NCBI GenBank assembly: GCA_963701025.1
Contig: OY969557.1
Coordinates: 442,042 to 506,041 of the forward strand
Reading direction: 5' to 3'
Source: an uncultured bacterium
GTDB taxonomy: Bacteria; Patescibacteriota; Minisyncoccia; Phycocordibacterales; PALSA-1337
DNA: 64,000 nt
Part shown: positions 1-10,139 of the stretch, in pieces
How positions within the stretch are numbered: position 1 is the first letter of the stretch
Layout of the letters: each line of letters begins with the position of its first letter
Notes under the pieces: generated by a model
What the model was told of the DNA's origin: nothing
What the model saw: the letters and a program-made list of their open reading frames with translations, nothing else
Database searches by the model: none
Program-made: the position numbers and the translations under genes

Positions 1-233
1 TCCGCTCCGTCGCGCTCTTGCCTATGGTCGGAGCGCCACGGGCGTCGCTTTCCCATACCGGTCGTCGCCGGGCGAGGACAGAAGTCCGTGAGGAGAAGCG
101 GAAGTCGGCCGCTTCTCGGCGGAATACCGACAGCTCTTGACAAGAGTCCTTGCATACATATAATAGTAATGCTTACCGAAACGGTAGGCTTCCAGAAAAA
201 ACTTCTAGGTAAACTCCATGAATTGGAGGAAAT

Positions 234-742
234 ATGTTCGCAAAAAAGAAAAGATCCTCGACAACCCTAACGGCCTCAACGGCATACGTGACTTACGCCA
301 TAAACCACATTATGGCCTTCGTCACCAACGGTCACTCGCGATGGCCTCATCAGATGGTGATCCGATTCAACGAGATCGATGACATCGATGACATTGAACA
401 GGTGGAAGGTAATGGATTCCTACACAGTGGAATTCATGTATGGGTCGATGTGGGAGATCGGATTCGCATGGAATTCTTATTGACCTCGACATTATGCGTG
501 ACACCACTGATCGTTGGATATGGGCGCCTGAATCTATTTGCATCACGACCCATAGCATGCCCAGCTTCTACATCATCTGCACCGATAATCAAGGCAATTT
601 CCGTCCGCTCAGTGGCGCAGACAAAAGGTGCTTACCTATTATCGAAAGAAGTATGCTCTCACCGAACGTACGCCGTTTGTCGTCCGCTAAACCAGCTCTT
701 TCAATGAGCACGAATGTGCTCACAAACATAAGGAAATTATGA
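234..742 (+). CDS. Hypothetical protein, probably island cargo; overlapping ORFs 234..707 and 440..742 may be one frameshifted gene
   Basis: TTGACA-like promoter near 137-170, GGAGG before ATG 234, hairpin+T run near 967-1000; no recognisable domain. Confidence 0.35.
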
Positions 743-1062
743 GTGATGATCACGAATTGGGTCACGAAGCACGGATGATTGTCTTCAACCTGAAGAAGGA
801 ACAGCTTGAAGCTGAACAACTTCGTAGGGAAAGAGATCAAGTCACGAAAGACGAACTGTGGAAGAAGAAATGGTATGTTCGTCTCACCCGATGGGCAATC
901 AGTCTGTTTCGCAGATAGTGGTATCTCCACCAAAGAGCCAAGATAAGTGCTCATCACAAAACTTTACCCCGCAGACTTGTTCCAGCGGGGTTTTAACTTT
1001 TATATAAAAATGATTTTGAATTTTTCCTTCTTGACTTCACTGAAAAATGGTAAAATTACCGC

Positions 1063-2677
1063 ATGACCGCAAAAAAATATTTTATCTACACCAGAAAATC
1101 TACCGACACCGAGGATCGGCAAGTCAGAAGCCTTGCCGACCAGCTCTCCGAGCTGCGCGAGCTCGCCAGAAAGGAGCAGATCGAGGTCATGGATACCTTC
1201 ATTGAGAAGCAGACTGCCAAGATTCCTGGTAGGCCAGTATTCGCGGAGATGTTAGAGCGTATAGAGGCCGGCGAGGCCTCCGGTATCCTCGCTTGGCACC
1301 CCGACAGGCTCGCTCGCAACTCGGTTGATGGAGGAAAGATCATCTACTTAGTGGATACTGGGCATGATCACAGACCTGAAGTTCCCGACATTCTGGTTTG
1401 ATTCGACACCACAGGGTAAATTCATGCTCTCGATCGCTTTTTCACAGTCGAAATATTATGTCGACAACCTATCGGAAAATGTTAAGCGCGGTTTCCGCCA
1501 GAAATTGAAGAACGGCATCTGGCCACAGAAGGCTCCGATTGGATATTTGAATGACAAAAAGACCAAGCTCATCACCATTGACCCCGATAAGGCTCCTCTG
1601 ATCAGGAAAACCTTCGAGGCCTACGCCACTGGCACATATACCCTCTCCGGATTGCGTAAGGCTATGGGCGAGCTTGGTCTCACAGGTCACGGTGGCAGAG
1701 ATCTTTCCATTTCAAACTACCAGTATCTTCTCAAAAACCATCTCTACTACGGCCTCATATATTTCCATGGAGAGTTTTGGGAGGGCAAACATGAGCCCAT
1801 CATCACAAAGAAGCTGTATGACACGGTTCAAGAGGTCATGACGCATAAAAGCAAGCCTCAACATGAGGGAGGATTGAAACCATATGTATATCGCGGACTA
1901 TTCAAGTGCGCCGAGTGCGGATGTTGCATCACCATTGAGACCAAGAAAGGTCATAACTATTTGAGATGTACAAAGCGCAAAGGACCATGTTCGCAAAAGT
2001 ATGTCCGCGAGGAGGCTATGACTGATTTGATCAAAGAGGAACTGAAGAAAGTATCTTTGTCTGATGCTGTAGCAGATTGGCTCATCGCAGAGGTTGAGAA
2101 AGACCGCGCCATAGACGACAATTCATCGAAAAACCAGATTCAGAAGGTCAGTGACGACGTTGTGGCAATCAACACTAAGCTCGACAAACTCATGACGGCG
2201 TACCTTGAAAACGCTCTCACACTAGAGGAATACCAGACTACCAAGAACAAATTAGTGACCGAAAAGCAGATTTTGAAGGATAAACTGGCATCTTTCGGGC
2301 GGGTCTCGACCAGTCGGTTCGAACCGGTCATCGATTTCCTAAACGACTGTAGACAGGCCGGTATTTTGGCGGAAAGCACGGATGCGGCGAAAATTCGCTC
2401 ATTCTTCCAAAAAGTCGGTTCGAACCCACTCGTCCGCGACCGCGCCCTCGTTTTTTCGCCTCGGGCACCCTTCGCCTTCGTCACCCAAATCCCCAAAAAC
2501 ACCAGCAAAGAAGCGGGCGGGGCGGAAGGGGGGTTTCAGGGGGGAATTCCGCCCCGCCCTCCGCACGTGCGATGCATCTCGCCTTTTTCGGGCGATTTTG
2601 AGTTTTCTGAAAAATTGCTGCGGGACTTGGACTCGAACCAAGATAACATCCTCCAGAGGGATGTGTCCTACCATTAG
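1063..2677 (+). CDS. Large serine recombinase (resolvase + recombinase + Zn-ribbon + coiled coil), split by a 1-bp frameshift near 1361
   Basis: N-terminal YTRKS catalytic motif, DRLARN, HEPII, CAECG...YLRC Zn ribbon; ORFs 1063..1401 and 1364..2677 join if one G is removed at ACTGGGCATG. Confidence 0.9.
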
Positions 2678-2688
2678 ACGATCCCGCA
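2618..2688 (-). tRNA. tRNA-Gln(CTG)
   Basis: Reverse complement TGCGGGATCGTCTAATGGTAGGACACATCC-CTCTGGA-GGATGT...GGTTCGAGTCC...CCCGCAG folds as a cloverleaf with anticodon CTG. Confidence 0.93.
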
Positions 2689-2758
2689 AAATGGAAAAGT
2701 GCACCTTGCAGAATAACCCAAAAAGAGCTATAACACAATAAACCAACAAGGAGGACAA

Positions 2759-3370
2759 ATGATCGAAACTATTGAAACGACAGCGCTCTCGCCGGAGAGC
2801 GTCATTGAAAGATTGGCCCAGGCCAAAGTGCGCACCGATAACTGGGGCAAGCGCCCAGGAACAAAATCTCTCGAAGAATTCATCGGGTACTGTCAGACGG
2901 GCGAATACGAGCTTGATGACGACGGTGACATATTGAAAGTCCGGGTGAATGTCGCCACGGCCTTCGTGCGTTGTATCATCCTCCCCCGCCTATGGGAAAT
3001 GTACGAGGACGGGAGGTATCGGGTCGACACCCACGTGGCCAATCGGAGGAACCGGTTCGAGGGCAGCGTGGCGGCTCGCATACGAACCCTCTGGGGCGAG
3101 GACGCGGAGGGGGCCATCCGCCGCGGGATCGCCAAAGAGCTTGGCCCGATGGAACCTCGGTTCGAGGATCCGAACGAATACGAGCTCCGGTACGATCGTG
3201 AAGAATCAGTGAACGCGGTGGGCGCGGAGGGGTTTCCCGGTATTCCCGCCACGTACCTTGTCCGACGGCATGTCTGCATGGTCCCTCCCGACATGTGCCA
3301 CCGCAGGCATATTCTCGCTTGCGATGATGGAACTGCCATCGTGTTCAAATGGAACGAAATGAGGATGTGA
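2759..3370 (+). CDS. Hypothetical protein (203 aa)
   Basis: GGAGGA SD before ATG, promoter-like TTGCAG..TATAAC upstream, hairpin+T terminator near 3389-3424. Confidence 0.65.
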   Translation: MIETIETTALSPESVIERLAQAKVRTDNWGKRPGTKSLEEFIGYCQTGEYELDDDGDILKVRVNVATAFVRCIILPRLWEMYEDGRYRVDTHVANRRNRFEGSVAARIRTLWGEDAEGAIRRGIAKELGPMEPRFEDPNEYELRYDREESVNAVGAEGFPGIPATYLVRRHVCMVPPDMCHRRHILACDDGTAIVFKWNEMRM

Positions 3371-3445
3371 TCGGCGGCTCGACACGGTATCCCATCGCTA
3401 TCGGAGCGGCGGGATTTTTTTATTCCCGTATGCTAGCATGGCTAT

Positions 3446-3994
3446 ATGAGATATTTCATCGGTTGCCATATCCGCGGCGAAGCCGCCGAATATTACAAAG
3501 CCACCTGCGCCGACTTGGCCGCCCGCTTCGGCGTCGAAGACGTCTCGGCCATCGTGCCGCCGCATATCACCGTCAAAACAGCCTTCGAAAGGCCGTCAGT
3601 GGAGACCGTCGACGACGTGGTTTCTCTCATCGCCTCCGCGTCTCCGGCCCATTCCATAGGGCTATCAGGGTGGAACCATTTCGGAACGCGCACCATATTC
3701 ATCGACGCTCCGGCCGCGCCGTCGGAGCTCAAGGGTCTCGTTGATGGCCTCCTCGGTAAGCTCGAGGGCGCCGGCATCGCCATCTCTCCCCAGGACCGGG
3801 CCTTCCAGGTGCGCCTGTCCGTGGCCCGCTTCCTCAAGCCGAAAGAATGCGAAGATATCTGGCGCCATCTCCAGTTATCGCCCGCGCCGAAATTCGATCT
3901 GTCGTTCGACAATCTGACCATATTCGTCAAAGAGAACCGTGACGACAAGGCCTGGAAGATATTGAAGACTTTCCCGCTCATGGGGAAGAAGTAG
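3446..3994 (+). CDS. 2'-5' RNA ligase family (2H phosphoesterase)
   Basis: PPHITVK first HxT motif; typical length; second motif reads FQVRLSVARF. Confidence 0.8.
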   Translation: MRYFIGCHIRGEAAEYYKATCADLAARFGVEDVSAIVPPHITVKTAFERPSVETVDDVVSLIASASPAHSIGLSGWNHFGTRTIFIDAPAAPSELKGLVDGLLGKLEGAGIAISPQDRAFQVRLSVARFLKPKECEDIWRHLQLSPAPKFDLSFDNLTIFVKENRDDKAWKILKTFPLMGKK

Positions 3995-4072
3995 AGACCT
4001 TACGCCGAGGTGATGGCGGCCAAAGCGATAGCCGCGACGAGAGCTATTCCGATTCCGGCAGTCATGTATTCT

Positions 4073-5838
4073 TTATTCCTTTATTCTTTTATTCCTTGCG
4101 TTCATTCCCTTCGCCGCTTTGATAAATTCAGTGAACAATGGGTGCGGCATGAGGGGCCGAGCCAGGAATTCCGGATGGAACTGGGTGCCGAGAAAGAACG
4201 GGTGCGCACTGCGCGGCAATTCGGCTATTTCCATGAGAGTGCCGTCGGGAGACTTGCCCGAAAATACAAGACCGCCCTTTTCAAGCTTTTCTATGTATTT
4301 CGGATTGACCTCATAGCGGTGGCGATGGCGCTCTTTGATGGTGGTCGTCGGCTTCGACAATTTCTTGCCTTGGAAATAAGAATAGGCTTCCTGGGCTATA
4401 GTGCCCTTGCCAAGCTTAGCCGGATAGAGACCCAGTCGCATGGTGCCGCCGTAATTCCCCTCTGCTATCTTCTTTTTTTGGTCGGGCATGATGTCTATGA
4501 CCGGATGCGGTGACTTAGGGTCTATCTCCGCCGTGTGGGCGCCGTGGAGTCGCAAGACGTTCCTGGCGAATTCCACAGTCATGAGCTGCATGCCGTAGCA
4601 CAGGCCGAAATACGGTATACCCTTCTTCCGGGCGTAGTTGATGACTGCGAGCTTGCCCTCGATGCCGCTCTCGCCGAAGCCGCCGGGCACGATGATGCCG
4701 TCGAACGAAAGGAGGTTGGAGTAAGGAGAATGAGGCAAGGATGATTCGGTTTCCGAGTTTTTTCTTCTTTCTCCCTGCTTCCTGCTCCCTTCGCCTTGCC
4801 CTCAAAATCGCGGGCATTCACCGTATGGATGACCGCCTTGACCTTGTTGGCGTAAGCCGAAAATTTGATGGCTTCCAAAACCGAGATGTATGAGTCAGAC
4901 AAGATGAAATCCCCTGTATTGAAATATTTGCCCACGATGGCGATGTTGACGATGTTCTCGGAATGATCCTTGATGCCCTTTGCCATCTTTTTCCAAGCTT
5001 GGAATCTTTTATCCGTCTTCCGTGCATCCAAACCTATAGATTTCAAAAGCAACTCCGCTAAGTGGTCTTTTTCAAAATTTATCGGAACGTCATATATGCT
5101 TTCTATATCAGGCGCAGATATGACATGCTTTGGCAGAACATTGCAAGTAAAGGCGATCTTATCCTTGCGTTTCTGATCCAATGCGATCGGTCCTCTGGCT
5201 ATGATGAAATCGGCCTGCACCCCGTAGCTGTTCAACTGCTTCACGGCATTTTGGGTAGGCTTGGATTTCATCTCGCCTATCGTGCCCGGTACCGGAAGAT
5301 AAGAGACCATGATGAAGACCACTTCATGTGGATGCCTTATTTTTAGAACGCGCGCCGCCTCGATGAACATGACATTCTGGTAATCTCCTACCGTCCCTCC
5401 GATCTCGACAATCGTGACATCAGATTTATTTATCTTGGCGCTATGTTCTATCCGCCGGACAATCTCTTCACGGACATGGTCCGCATCGACGAATCGACCG
5501 CCGTATTCCAACGCTCGTTCCTTATCGATTACGCGCTTGTAGACCATGCCACTGGTGATGTAGTCGTCGGCGGTCAGGTCGCGGCCCAGGAAGCGCTCGT
5601 AATTTCCCATGTCCTGGTCCGTCTCAAGACCGGAATCGAGGACGAAGACCTCGCCGTGCTCGGTCGGATTCATGGTGCCGGCGTCCACGTTCAGGTATGG
5701 GTCCACCTTGACCAGATTGACCTTGTAGCCTTTGGCGGAAAGGAGCGTGCCGATAGAGGAAGTGGCTATGCCCTTGCCGACGCCGGACATCACGCCGCCG
5801 ATGACGAAGATGTATCTGTGGGGACTCGGCTTCTTCAT
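4073..5838 (-). CDS. pyrG: CTP synthase, with a frameshift near 4760
   Basis: GGVMSGVGKG, KVDPYLNVDAGTMNPTEHGEVFV, VPGGFG, GLCYGMQ, ERHRHRYE, TQFHPE in two overlapping ORFs. Confidence 0.97.
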
Positions 5839-5916
5839 GGGGTCATTCTAGTAGAGAACCCCGCGGATTGTCTATGATTGACCGATAAACACCAATGTGT
5901 TAAGGTTCGTCCGAAT

Positions 5917-6420
5917 ATGAGCACACACAAGCGAGTTGGCCTCCTCCTTTTGACCGAAAGCGAGGATGGACAAACGGCGGTCGCGCATCTTGAAAAACGA
6001 GTACCGGGATTCGGGGGAAACACCGCTCCGACGTGGCCGGGGATACACCTGGTCAGCGCGGGAGGAAAAGTCACGGATGACGAGAATGAGCTTATGGCGC
6101 TACATCGCCAGCTCAAAGATAAGTTCGGCGAGTTGCCTGGCAGGTTGCTCACCATAATCCTTCTGGAAAATGACCCGGAGAAGCAGATCCTGTTCAAAAA
6201 TGACCGGATCACTCTGTTCGGGTTGATCATGCCCAGGGAATTGTTGGAAATGACTCATTCCAAGGTCAGAAAAGACGGGTTTACCCGCGTCACCGAGGAG
6301 GATCTTTCGCGTCTCATCAAGGCGGAAAGCAGCTGGAAACACCAGCCTCACAAGAAAGACGGCATCGTCGTCTTTCCTGAAACCGAAGAGGCCCTCCGAA
6401 GAGCGTTTCGAAAGCTCTGA
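5917..6420 (+). CDS. Hypothetical protein (possibly degenerate Nudix-like fold)
   Basis: ORF 5878..6420, likely ATG at 5917; upstream TTGACC promoter-like sequence; hairpin+T run near 6443-6470. Confidence 0.55.
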   Translation: MSTHKRVGLLLLTESEDGQTAVAHLEKRVPGFGGNTAPTWPGIHLVSAGGKVTDDENELMALHRQLKDKFGELPGRLLTIILLENDPEKQILFKNDRITLFGLIMPRELLEMTHSKVRKDGFTRVTEEDLSRLIKAESSWKHQPHKKDGIVVFPETEEALRRAFRKL

Positions 6421-6481
6421 TAGACACAAATCTTTCCGATACGTCGCCGAACCCCGTTCGGCGATTTTTTATGCCTGATTT

Positions 6482-7439
6482 TTACACCCTCAAATATCTC
6501 CTCGCCGCTATGTAGCTCGACACGCCGCCGAGGACGATGCCGGAGCCCATGATCATGACGAATATCTGCCCGAAATTCTGGACGAAATACGAGGAGAAGA
6601 CGTTGACGATGAGGGAGAAATTCGAGGCCACCTCGACGCCGGCGAGCTTGAGGATGACTGTGTCGCTCCAATAGGCGAAGACCGCCATGAGAACGAGGGT
6701 GATCACTGCCGAGACGATGCCGTACATGATGCCGGAGACCACGAACGGCCCGCGGACGTAGGTGTTGCTGGCGCCGACGAGCTTCATGACGGATATCTCG
6801 TCCCGCGCGGCGTATATGATGAGCCGGATGGTGTTGAAGACGACGATGAGGGCCACCAGCACCAGAAGAGCGGCGATGATCGAGCCCGACGTCTCGACCG
6901 TGGGTATGATGGCGCTCAAGCGGTCGATGATGAGCTTGTTCTCCTGATAATTGACGCTGTCGATGATGGGCGTGCCGGAAGCGTCCGTCGGATTCTTGCT
7001 GGTCAGAAAATCGGCGATATTGGCGTATTGGCCGGGATCCTTGGCTTTGATATTGAGCGAAGCGGGAAAAGGATTGCCGCCGACTTCCTGGAGGCCCTGC
7101 ATGATGAGGGCGTTGTTCTGCCACTTGGCCTGGAAGGAGGCCAGGGCGTCGATCGGCCGAGACATAGGTGGTCGAAGCCACTTCCGGGAGATTGTTGATC
7201 TCCTTTTGCAGAGCCAGGATGTCCGGTTCCTGGGCAGTCAGACTGAAATAGACATTGATGTCCACTTTATCCTTGACATCTGCCAAGAGCGAGCGGCCGA
7301 AAGCGCTGGCGAAGACGATGCCGCCGAAAGCCGACAACGACAGCGTGATGACGAGCACGGCCGCGAACGACAGGAAGCCATTGCGCCAGAAATTGACGAA
7401 ACCCGTCCTCGTTATCCTTTTAAAAGTGGTAAAAATCAT
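6482..7439 (-). CDS. ftsX: Cell division permease FtsX, with a frameshift near 7160
   Basis: GFVNFWRN N-terminus, NTIRLIIYAARDEISVMKLVGASNTYVRGPF; follows ftsE. Confidence 0.93.
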
Positions 7440-7446
7440 TTTAGAT

Positions 7447-7468
7447 AATTAGGTCAATTAGAAATTAG
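7447..7468. repeat. 22-bp AATTAGGTCAATTAGAAATTAG dispersed repeat (also 8191-8212 inverted, 8600-8621, 25213-25249 inverted/interrupted, 46217-46236 partial)
   Basis: Direct comparison of the five intergenic sites. Confidence 0.85.
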
Positions 7469-7474
7469 ATCAAT

Positions 7475-8155
7475 TTACAAAATGTATTTCCCCGTCTTGC
7501 TGTCGTGGATGACCTTTCCCTTCTCCATGGTGATGACCCGCCCGCCGACGGCGTCGACGACGCCTTTGTTGTGGGTGGTCAGAAGGACGGTGGTGCCGAG
7601 CTCGTTCACCTTCTTCAGGATGCGGACGATCTCGAAGGTGTTCGTCGGGTCGAGATTGCCGGTCGGTTCGTCGGCGATGATGATGTCCGGCTGGGTGACG
7701 ATGGCCCGGGCGATGGCCACCCGCTGGCGCTCGCCGCCGGAGAGCTCGTGGGGAAAGTTCCAGATCTTGTTACCGATATCCACCAAGCCGAGGACGTGCG
7801 GCACGTCCGCCGCCACCTCCGCGTCGCTCCGGCCCGAAGCTTCCATGGCGAAGGCGATGTTCTCATAGACGGTCTTTCCCGGTATCAGGCGATAGTCCTG
7901 GAAGACCGTGCCGATCCTCCGGCGGAGCTTGCTCATCTGCCGCTTATTCAGGCTGTGCACGTCTGTCGATTCCAGATAGACCGTGCCCTCTGTCGGATAA
8001 TCCTCGGCGATGAGCATCTTCATCAGTGTCGTCTTGCCCGCGCCGCTGTGGCCCACGATCGTGACGAATTCCTTCGGCTCCACGCCGAAGCTGACGTTGT
8101 CGAGAGCGACGGAATTGTCGGGATAGATTTTAGAGACTTTGTCGTAGTAGATCAT
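7475..8155 (-). CDS. ftsE: Cell division ATP-binding protein FtsE
   Basis: GHSGAGKTT Walker A, VFQDYRL, LSGGERQRVAIARA, ADEPTGNLD. Confidence 0.95.
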   Translation of the reverse strand: MIYYDKVSKIYPDNSVALDNVSFGVEPKEFVTIVGHSGAGKTTLMKMLIAEDYPTEGTVYLESTDVHSLNKRQMSKLRRRIGTVFQDYRLIPGKTVYENIAFAMEASGRSDAEVAADVPHVLGLVDIGNKIWNFPHELSGGERQRVAIARAIVTQPDIIIADEPTGNLDPTNTFEIVRILKKVNELGTTVLLTTHNKGVVDAVGGRVITMEKGKVIHDSKTGKYIL

Positions 8156-8290
8156 GGGATATCAATCATTCAATAATACCATGAAGTAGACTAATTTCTA
8201 ATTGACCTAATTACCTAATTGACCTAAGGAGTGATTAATGACATTGACATGGATAATTTCAAGTGTAATATCTAATTAGGAGAACATATT

Positions 8291-8539
8291 ATGAAAAATA
8301 GAGAAAACCGCATGAAGACGGTGAAAAGACAGCAATGCGTCGTGACGAAGCGTGCCATAAGGTGCGGTCGCGACCTGTTTCGTGTCACGGTGGAATACCT
8401 TGATCAGAGAAAGGAAGTGCATGCACAGGAGTGTCTTACTGGTGACGGCACCTTACGCCCCGGCGTCAAATGCTTGTTGAGGACGATTGAGAATGTCGGC
8501 GATGAAGTTAAAGTCGTCGAAAGGCCACATTTATTTTAG
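8291..8539 (+). CDS. Small hypothetical protein (82 aa)
   Basis: TTGACA upstream, AGGAG SD, terminator GGCGGC-7nt...GCCGCC-T7 near 8558-8584. Confidence 0.55.
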   Translation: MKNRENRMKTVKRQQCVVTKRAIRCGRDLFRVTVEYLDQRKEVHAQECLTGDGTLRPGVKCLLRTIENVGDEVKVVERPHLF

Positions 8540-8636
8540 TTCTGTTCCTTGCAGTATGGCGGCCTTCATTGTGCCGCCTTTTTTCTTAGAACTTAGATCA
8601 ATTAGGTCAATTAGAAATTAGTTTAATTAGATCAAT

Positions 8637-9545
8637 TTACAAATCTCTTTCAGCTTCTATAAACCCCTGAATGTCACCATCTAATATTTTGTCTACGGAT
8701 GATGTCTCAAAATTCGTCCTATGATCTTTTACCATCTTATACGGATGCAAAACGTATGAGCGGATCTGATTGCCCCATTCGATGGAGGTCGTCGAGGCGA
8801 GCTGCATGCCTTTTTCGCGGGCCATGCGCTCGTCTTCCATGCGCTTCCAGAGCTTGCCGCGCAGGATGTCCATGGCTTTCTCGCGGTTCTGGGCCTGCGA
8901 ACGCTCGGAGGTGACATGGATGGAAATGCCGGTCGGCTTATGAAGGAGGCGCACGGCGGTCTCGCGCTTGTTCACGTTCTGGCCGCCGGGACCTCCCGAC
9001 TTGGCGATCGAGACTTCGACGTCGGCGTCCGGAATGGCGATATCGCTCTCGGAGGTCTTCTCGAATTTCGGCAAAACCTCTACCAACGAAAAAGAGGTGT
9101 GACGCTTTTTATTGGAATCGAACGGCGATATGCGGACCAAACGGTGCACGCCAGACTCGTTCTTGAGCGTGCCGTAGGCGCCTAGGCCGCCAGCGCCGCC
9201 ACCTTTGCCGCCTATCTCGATGGTCAGATTCCTATAGCCGCCGTGGTCATTTTCATTGGAATGTATGACCTGCCAAGCCCACCCCTTGTTATCGCAATAC
9301 TTACGATACATCTTGAGAAGCATAGCCGAAAAATCCTCCGCGTCATCACCGCCGGCGCCGGAGAGGATGGAGAGTATGGCATCGCCTTTGTCATATTTCC
9401 CCACTCCTTCAAGCTCGGCTTTGAGATTGGCCAGCTCCTTGATCGTGGCCTGGGCCTTGTCCTTGTTAGACCAGAAATCCCCCGCGGCCATGGCGGCCTC
9501 GAGAGCGGTGATCTTCTCCTGAATTTTTTCTTTATCGTTTTTCAT
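8637..9545 (-). CDS. prfB: Peptide chain release factor 2 (N-terminally shortened)
   Basis: [15 protein letters not shown] (SPF anticodon), [23 protein letters not shown]; start moved to ATG 9545 because the upstream part overlaps a tRNA. Confidence 0.93.
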   Translation of the reverse strand: MKNDKEKIQEKITALEAAMAAGDFWSNKDKAQATIKELANLKAELEGVGKYDKGDAILSILSGAGGDDAEDFSAMLLKMYRKYCDNKGWAWQVIHSNENDHGGYRNLTIEIGGKGGGAGGLGAYGTLKNESGVHRLVRISPFDSNKKRHTSFSLVEVLPKFEKTSESDIAIPDADVEVSIAKSGGPGGQNVNKRETAVRLLHKPTGISIHVTSERSQAQNREKAMDILRGKLWKRMEDERMAREKGMQLASTTSIEWGNQIRSYVLHPYKMVKDHRTNFETSSVDKILDGDIQGFIEAERDL

Positions 9546-9565
9546 GCTTCTTGCTCCATGCTTCT

Positions 9566-9641
9566 TGGAGCCAAAGCCCGGGATCGGACCGGGGACCTTC
9601 GCTTTACGAAAGCGACGCTCTACCAACTGAGCTACTTTGGC
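9566..9641 (-). tRNA. tRNA-Thr(CGT)
   Basis: GCCAAAGTAGCTCAGTTGGTAGAGCG-TCGCT-TTCGTAA-AGCGA...CTTTGGCTCCA; T-loop reads TCCGATC. Confidence 0.88.
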
Positions 9642-10087
9642 ATCATTTTCATCAACATGCGCCCTTCCAAGATTCTACTACTAACAACTCTATCAACGCG
9701 ACCATACCCCTTGTTTGACCCTCCATACGTAGGGGTAAGAGAATCGCAATTTGGACACAATAACCTGAGATTATTTTCAATGTTATTACGCCAATTGCCA
9801 TCTATATGATCGGCCACAAGGGGAACTATACCAGTTTTTATGTTCATAATCGACCACCCACATAAGACACATCTATTATCAAACTTCTCACGTAAATATT
9901 TCTTAACATGTACCGAGACAGTGCCGATGCTACTTAAACCGCTGACTTCACCCGATTTCCATCTCTTAATGTATTCTCTGCGCTGGAATTCCTGTTGACA
10001 GGTATTGCTGCAGTATTTGTACGCAGCTTTAGCGGGTTCTCCGCCACAGACGAGACATTTCATTCTTATTTTCTTAGGCATTGGCAT
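9632..10087 (-). CDS. Free-standing HNH endonuclease with an N-terminal Zn finger
   Basis: CLVC..YCSNTC Zn finger; CVLCG...[27 protein letters not shown] motif; likely start ATG 10087; lower GC. Confidence 0.9.
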   Translation of the reverse strand: MPMPKKIRMKCLVCGGEPAKAAYKYCSNTCQQEFQRREYIKRWKSGEVSGLSSIGTVSVHVKKYLREKFDNRCVLCGWSIMNIKTGIVPLVADHIDGNWRNNIENNLRLLCPNCDSLTPTYGGSNKGYGRVDRVVSSRILEGRMLMKMMPK

Positions 10088-10139
10088 AATGCCGAGTATA
10101 TCTAATCTATGAAACCCCGTCAAAAAATAATTTCTATTG

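Noticed and set aside
1-135. GC-rich hairpins at the window start (e.g. GAGAAGCGG...CCGCTTCTC)
   Set aside because: Truncated by the window edge with no second copy here; cannot distinguish a terminator from a REP-like element.
3820-3845. Loss of the second catalytic His in the 2H phosphoesterase (RLS instead of HxS)
   Set aside because: A single CAC-to-CGC change in an error-prone sequence; cannot be separated from a base-call error.
9546-9626. N-terminal extension of RF2 in the ORF track
   Set aside because: It overlaps tRNA-Thr(CGT) and a heptamer tract.
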